Positions 58,365-64,000 of a stretch of 64,000 nt of DNA are shown here, one piece after another. The number at the start of each line of letters is the position of its first letter. The stretch's first letter is position 1. This DNA is from Octopus bimaculoides (Eukaryota): the NCBI RefSeq assembly GCF_001194135.2, contig NC_069001.1, positions 1,814,374 to 1,878,373 of the forward strand, given 5' to 3'. The notes under the pieces are model-generated. The model ran no database searches. It was not told the DNA's origin and saw only the letters and a program-made list of their open reading frames with translations. The position numbers and the translations under genes are program-made.

Positions 58365-60861
58365 TCCTGGTGGAATTTCAAACCAAACCTGTTATTTGAC
58401 TAATGGGGTATTTTGTTCTCATTCCTAAGGTATTTTTTGCTGATGTTATTATTTATTCAAGTCACTGCTTGGGATTGAACCTAGAATTTTAAGGTTAGTA
58501 ACCCACACTTTTAACCTATCTGTTTGATGTAAATAATTCTTCATCTCTAAAATATAGAACAGTGTGTTTACCATTGGCACAATGACCCTACTAAGATTTA
58601 AAAAAAAAAAGTGATAATTCATATAAGAATTATAGGCAAAGGCATGGCTGTTTGGTAAGAAGCTTGCATCCCAACCACATGGTTCTGGGTTCAGTCCTGC
58701 TGCATGGCAAGTGTTTTCTATAGTGTCAGGCCAACCAAAACCTTGGTACTTGCTCTGTTGGTCTATTTTGCTGAACTGCTGAGTTACAGGGACATAAACA
58801 TACCAACACCGGTTGTCAATGGTGGTCGGGGACAAAGACACACATACACAGCCACAGTCTAACCCATGCCAGCATGGAAAGCAGACATTAAATGATGATT
58901 TTATATATATATATATATAATGAGCTTCTTTCAGTTTACAAGGTTTTGGTCAGCTAGAGGCCATCGTAGAAGACGCTCATCCAAGATGCCATGCGGTGGG
59001 ACTGAACCCAAAAATATGCTTGGGAAGGAAACTTCTTACCACACAGCCACTAGTAAACAAAAAGGAAGAAACAATGAAATTTTAAATATATTTATTTAAA
59101 CCAATTCTAAGTGACAAACATTGAGATAATTAGCTGAGAAATTATTAAAAAAAAAAACAGCTAAAATGTTTCGTTAAAACAAAACCAGGTGAAATAGAAA
59201 TTCAGTGATGCTTATTATTATTATTATTATTATTATTATCATTGTCCAGTATGTTGTAGCCCTTGACAGCCATTGATATGTTTTATTTGCAAGATTTTGA
59301 GCCAATAATTGGTCTGTGAAGCACAACTCTGCAGCAGAGTGGACAGGAGCAATGGAAAATGAAGTGTCTTGCCCAAGGACATATTGCATAGATCAGCTAG
59401 TCCAGGAATTAGGCCCACGGCCTTATAAGTGTTAAGTCAGACAGCTTAACCACGGGGCTAAAATACCCCAAATAAGTACCCCAGATAACATTTGGAATAG
59501 AAACTCAATCTAAAGGTGATTCTTAATAAAATTATACCAAAACAACAAAACAAAAGGACTTCTTTGACCCTTTTGTTAACCATATTCTGTGCCATAGACT
59601 GCCTTTGTTTTAGATCAATTTGAAAATGGTGAAGAATTTAACAAAATAACTTTGCCAATATCAATGAGGTGTTTGAAACATAAATTAACATGAAATTTTA
59701 ATGGTAACTTTTAACTTTAGATTACTTTACATAGGAAGTTTCTGTTATTTAGAACCAAGGGTGGTAACAGCTTCATTGATATCAAAAGAGTTACAAGAGG
59801 TGTGTGTGTGTATAAATATATATACACATCCCAACATTTTCTGCATAGCCATTTATATATATGTGTGTGTGTGTGTGTATATTCGTTGTTAGTGATGGAA
59901 GCAATATTAGTTCAAAATAGCATTTTCTATATCTTACTTAATGTAGGTATACTGCAGAAAACAAAAATAGACTGCTGTATTCATTTTGAAAAAGCATCTC
60001 ATCTAGACATACAGTTCTAAAAGGCACAGAAGAATATCTGTGGAAGAGATGAAAAGTGCCCAGCAGCTGAAAGATTGGGTATTTACCCTTATAAGATGGA
60101 AAAAAAAGTTGCGAGCAGCTGGCTTATATATATATAAATATATATCCCAACATTTTCTGCAGGGCCATTTATTGGGCTTTTTTCTGTTTCCTTTCTCAAC
60201 AAGTTTTGTATGTCTCTGATGAGAATTGCTATAGCTTAACTAAGTTAAATAATTTCATTTAACAAAGAAAAAAAAAAACAACTCCATCCAAGCTCATCAT
60301 AATTGTCCACAAATGACATCTTTTGTGACCAAAACCTGTCTATATGTGTGATATAGAAAATAATTACAATTATATATCGTCATAAAACAATTGTATGGTT
60401 ATGATTGTATAAACGCAAAACCATTTCAGTAATGTCTGACATATATTTGAACCTGTAAAAGCTTTTCACAGCAGTTTGTCATGGAGAAAAAAATTATCCT
60501 TGCTTAAGACAAAAAAAGTGATAAAACACCATAGATTTAACAATATATTTCCTTCTAACTTTTGCATCCATTTTTCTAAGCTTTATATCAGAGATTTGGT
60601 TTTCTATTTTCTTTTTCTGTTTTGTGTGATGTTCGTTTTGTAAAGAAACAACTGGTTTTATAGCTGGACAATACCCATTATATGGCTACCAACCTGACTG
60701 AAGTGTGTTCATGTGTGCATGTGTGTCAGACAGGCAAATCTGGAGCAAACAAAGTGAGATTCTTTGCTCAGGAGCAGAACACAATGGCTGAAGTGTAAGT
60801 TCTGAGTGCATGACTCTATGGACAATGTTCTAGAAACTTTTGCTTCATACTCAATATATAT

Positions 60862-60893
<32 letters not shown>

Positions 60894-61214
60894 NNNNNNN
60901 NNNATATATACACACATACACACTCGTGTGTGTGTAATAAGCCAAGATAAAAATTGTTCAATCTAAATGATGCATGTACGTATGTATACATACACACATA
61001 CACAAATTTAAATATACATCTATATTTATACACACACACACACACATATATATATATTTAAATTTGTATGTATGTATGCATATCTATATATATATATATA
61101 TACATATAATATCAAGAGTTTCCATATGTAGCTGATATATATTCATTGTTAATGAAATACAGATGATGCAGCTAAATATATAAACAAGATCCTTTTTGTT
61201 TTACTACATATATA

Positions 61215-61246
<32 letters not shown>

Positions 61247-61738
61247 CGTATAAATATATATATATATATATGATGTATATATATATATATACACACATGC
61301 AAATACATGCACATTCAGACATAAAGAAGAAATAAAGACAAAATGTTTGTGCAGACCATGTGCAAAAATGTGGATAAAATTTTAAGATTTCCAATACAAA
61401 TTTACATCTAGTCTCTGAAAAAAAAAAAAAAAAAAAAAAAAAAAACAGTAAAAAAAAAATTGCTGGAAATGTACACAATTGCTTTTTCTATCTCCCAAAC
61501 ATTTAAATCAGAAAATTAATTACAATGATTTTAAAAAATAAAATAGTATTTCATTTCAGAAAAAACTTATTTTTTTTCTGGTTTGATATTCAATTTGAAC
61601 TCTTCGAAAAAAAATGCCTACTTCAAAGAAAAATGGAAATAATACTGTTTTTGATGTATTTCTGTGGTTTTTTCTTTCTTTCATTATTTGATGAAACTGT
61701 TGGAGTAGGACTTTGATGACAGAGTGACGGTACCAAAA

Positions 61739-61759
61739 TCACTTGAGTTTCTCAATGTC
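61739..61759 (-). CDS. GUK1: Guanylate kinase terminal exon (coding part)
   Basis: ctcag|GAC ATT GAG AAA CTC AAG TGA = DIEKLK*. Confidence 0.75.
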   Translation of the reverse strand, partial: DIEKLK

Positions 61760-62542
61760 CTGAGAAATAATGCAAAAGATTAGTGTGATTAATGAAAAAA
61801 TGATTAATAATTTAGAAGACAATGAAAATGTGGCAGTGAAGAACATGATAATTACAAATAATAAGTCCTGGGGTCGATTTGCTCGACTACAGGTGGTGCT
61901 CCAGCATGGCCGCAGTCAAATGACTGAAACAAATAAAAGAATATATACAATGAGCTTCTTTCAGTTTGCATCTACCATATTTACTAAGAAAGCTTTGGTC
62001 AGCTCAGAGAGCTATAGTAGATGCCATGCATTAGGATTGACCCCGGAACCATGTGGCTGGGAAGCAAACTTGCAAACACACAGCCAAGTGTTTGTGCTAT
62101 GTTGAATTTGATTGTCTTTTACATGTTCAGACTTGAAAAGACAGACACACTAGAAAGTGTCTGGAGAGAAAAACTCTCCTTACAGACAATATGTGAGAAT
62201 GGGCAATGAATGACATCATTAAAGCATTTCTGTGTCATTATATATCATCAGCAACAGATACCAAGTCATCCTTCATAGCCACTAAGAAGAGCAACTGGAA
62301 CATTCGCTGACACGCACAAAGCTTTGTCAAGCTGTAATTAATTAATTAGAGACACACCAAGCAGCTTTGAATGAAATGTGAGTACAACCATATTTAACAT
62401 GTGGGCACTCAGAGGCCCAATAAACCTATTGCAAGTTTTTCATCATCTGTAAAATAGTTAAAGAAAGACAAAGGACCCAAAGGAACACTTTACAAAACAG
62501 AGAATCCATTCTGTATGTTGAGGGTGAGTGCAGTTATCTTAC

Positions 62543-62628
62543 CTCTTGGACAACTTCTTTTAACTTTTGATAAGCTTCATCACATTTGTCATTTACAATG
62601 ATATGGTCATAGACATTGGGTTGCTTGG
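62543..62628 (-). CDS. GUK1: Guanylate kinase penultimate exon
   Basis: ttcag|CC AAG...GAG|gtaag; (S)KQPNVYDHIIVNDKCDEAYQKLKEVVQE matches FDxxIxND.L..AY..LK; 86 nt. Confidence 0.92.
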
Positions 62629-63227
62629 CTGAAAGAAAGAAGGAAGGGAAAATATTAAAAAAACCCTTATTACACAGGCATATCATGTGGGATTAAACTT
62701 GTGCAAGTATGACTATGGGGTTAAACAAGTGTATATATGACAGTATGATTAAGCAGGCATAGGGTATGGCTGGGGAGTTAAAAGATTGTAGCAAGTCTCC
62801 ATTTGAAGAGAAACCAGTTAAGAGCCACATATTAGGTAACACATCTCTATTTGGTAGAGATAAAGGCATCCCGAATATTATTTCAGCAAGTTTAAAGTGA
62901 TTTCTTTTGTGCCGTCAACCATTTACCATTTCTGTGGTGCCCCCCTCCTTCCCTTGATGCCCTAAGTACGTGCTTATGCTGTTTAATGGTTAATCCAGTG
63001 CTGTACACACATACACACACATGGTTGGTTTCCATCAACTAAGTTCCACTCATTAGTCAAACCAAGGCACTTGCTCAAGGTACCACTCATTGGAATTGAA
63101 CCCATGACCACATGGTTGCCTGGTGACACTTCTTAACTACACATCTATATTCCAATGCATTTATATTCCTGTGATCTTTCACAACAAGCTCCATCTGTAA
63201 CAAACAAACAATAGCCAAAATACTTAC

Positions 63228-63312
63228 AATATTCTAAGGCTTCATTTGCCGTATCCAACCGTTTCTGCAGGGATTCCTCAGTTTCGGTTTTTCTGTCTCT
63301 CAGTCTCTTTTC
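63228..63312 (-). CDS. GUK1: Guanylate kinase LID exon (upstream exons lie beyond the right edge)
   Basis: tccag|GAA...TAT T|gtaag; EKRLRDRKTETEESLQKRLDTANEALEY matches RLRxRxTETEESLxKRL; 85 nt. Confidence 0.93.
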
Positions 63313-64000
63313 CTGGAAATAGTCCAAACAATTTAAATCAGTAATTAATGATAGCATTGTGTGTGTGTGTGTGTGCATGCATGTGTATGTGTGTGTGATC
63401 GTCACCATTACCATCATTGTTGTTTTAACATCCACTTTTCCATGCTTGCATGGATCAGACAGGGTTTTATTGAAGCAGATTTCCTATGGCTGGATGCCCT
63501 TGCTGTAGCCAACCTTCACCTGTTTCCAACCAAGGTAATATTTCCACACGACCAGACATGTTTTCCATGGAAGATTGGAAACAAACGACCCTGCATTTAT
63601 GTCAGTGACTGTCATTTACAGCTGTCATACAACATCAACACAAACGGACACCAACACACAGCAAAAACAGCAAAAAGTACAACTGACCAGGACTTCTATA
63701 GACGGTGGCTGTACAAATATATATTTTGCATTCAGACCAGTGGTCTTGATGCTTTTCACACCATTGATTTCTACATCGAGAATACATATTCGTCCTGTCT
63801 TTTGGATTTCTTCAACTGCTGCTTTACTGAAACAAGGAAAGAAAGAAAAAAACAGAAATGAGAAAATTCAATTTCTTTATCTGGTGCAAAAAGGAGGAGC
63901 AGGAGGAGGAAGAAGAAGAATCAACCACCACCACCACCACCACCACCATCATTTTTATATGTCTGCTTTTGATGCTGACATGGCCTAGACGTTTGAAGGA

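Noticed and set aside
59816-60175. Local duplication atcccaacattttctgc..gccattta at about 59828 and 60143
   Set aside because: A short AT-rich duplication with no structural or coding signal.

Overview
AT-rich, microsatellite- and SINE-dense eukaryotic genomic DNA with seven assembly gaps. The repeat landscape suggests a coleoid cephalopod, probably Octopus (inference). Six protein-coding genes can be rebuilt from GT-AG exons with consistent phases: kynurenine formamidase AFMID (-, last exon beyond the left edge), a 13-exon SMYD3-like SET/MYND methyltransferase (+, 461 aa), an intronless TFIIB (-, 314 aa), FAM162 (-, 3 exons, about 150 aa), the deubiquitinase ZUP1/ZUFSP (+, 8 coding exons) and the last three exons of guanylate kinase GUK1 (-). 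Most short ORFs in the supplied track are microsatellite, SINE or N-gap artefacts. The main points of interest are: (1) a minimal type I hammerhead ribozyme with an intact core and palindromic stem III at 44424-44470, plus two decayed hammerhead-like relics; (2) a CpG-rich, intronless TFIIB with changes in normally conserved motifs, either a specialised paralogue or an intron-stripped orthologue; (3) a tandemly duplicated promoter+exon1+exon2 cassette of AFMID that could give two N-termini, plus a third promoter copy next to SMYD3; (4) several isolated hairpins of pre-miRNA size or longer. All homology calls come from recalled family motifs, not database searches.
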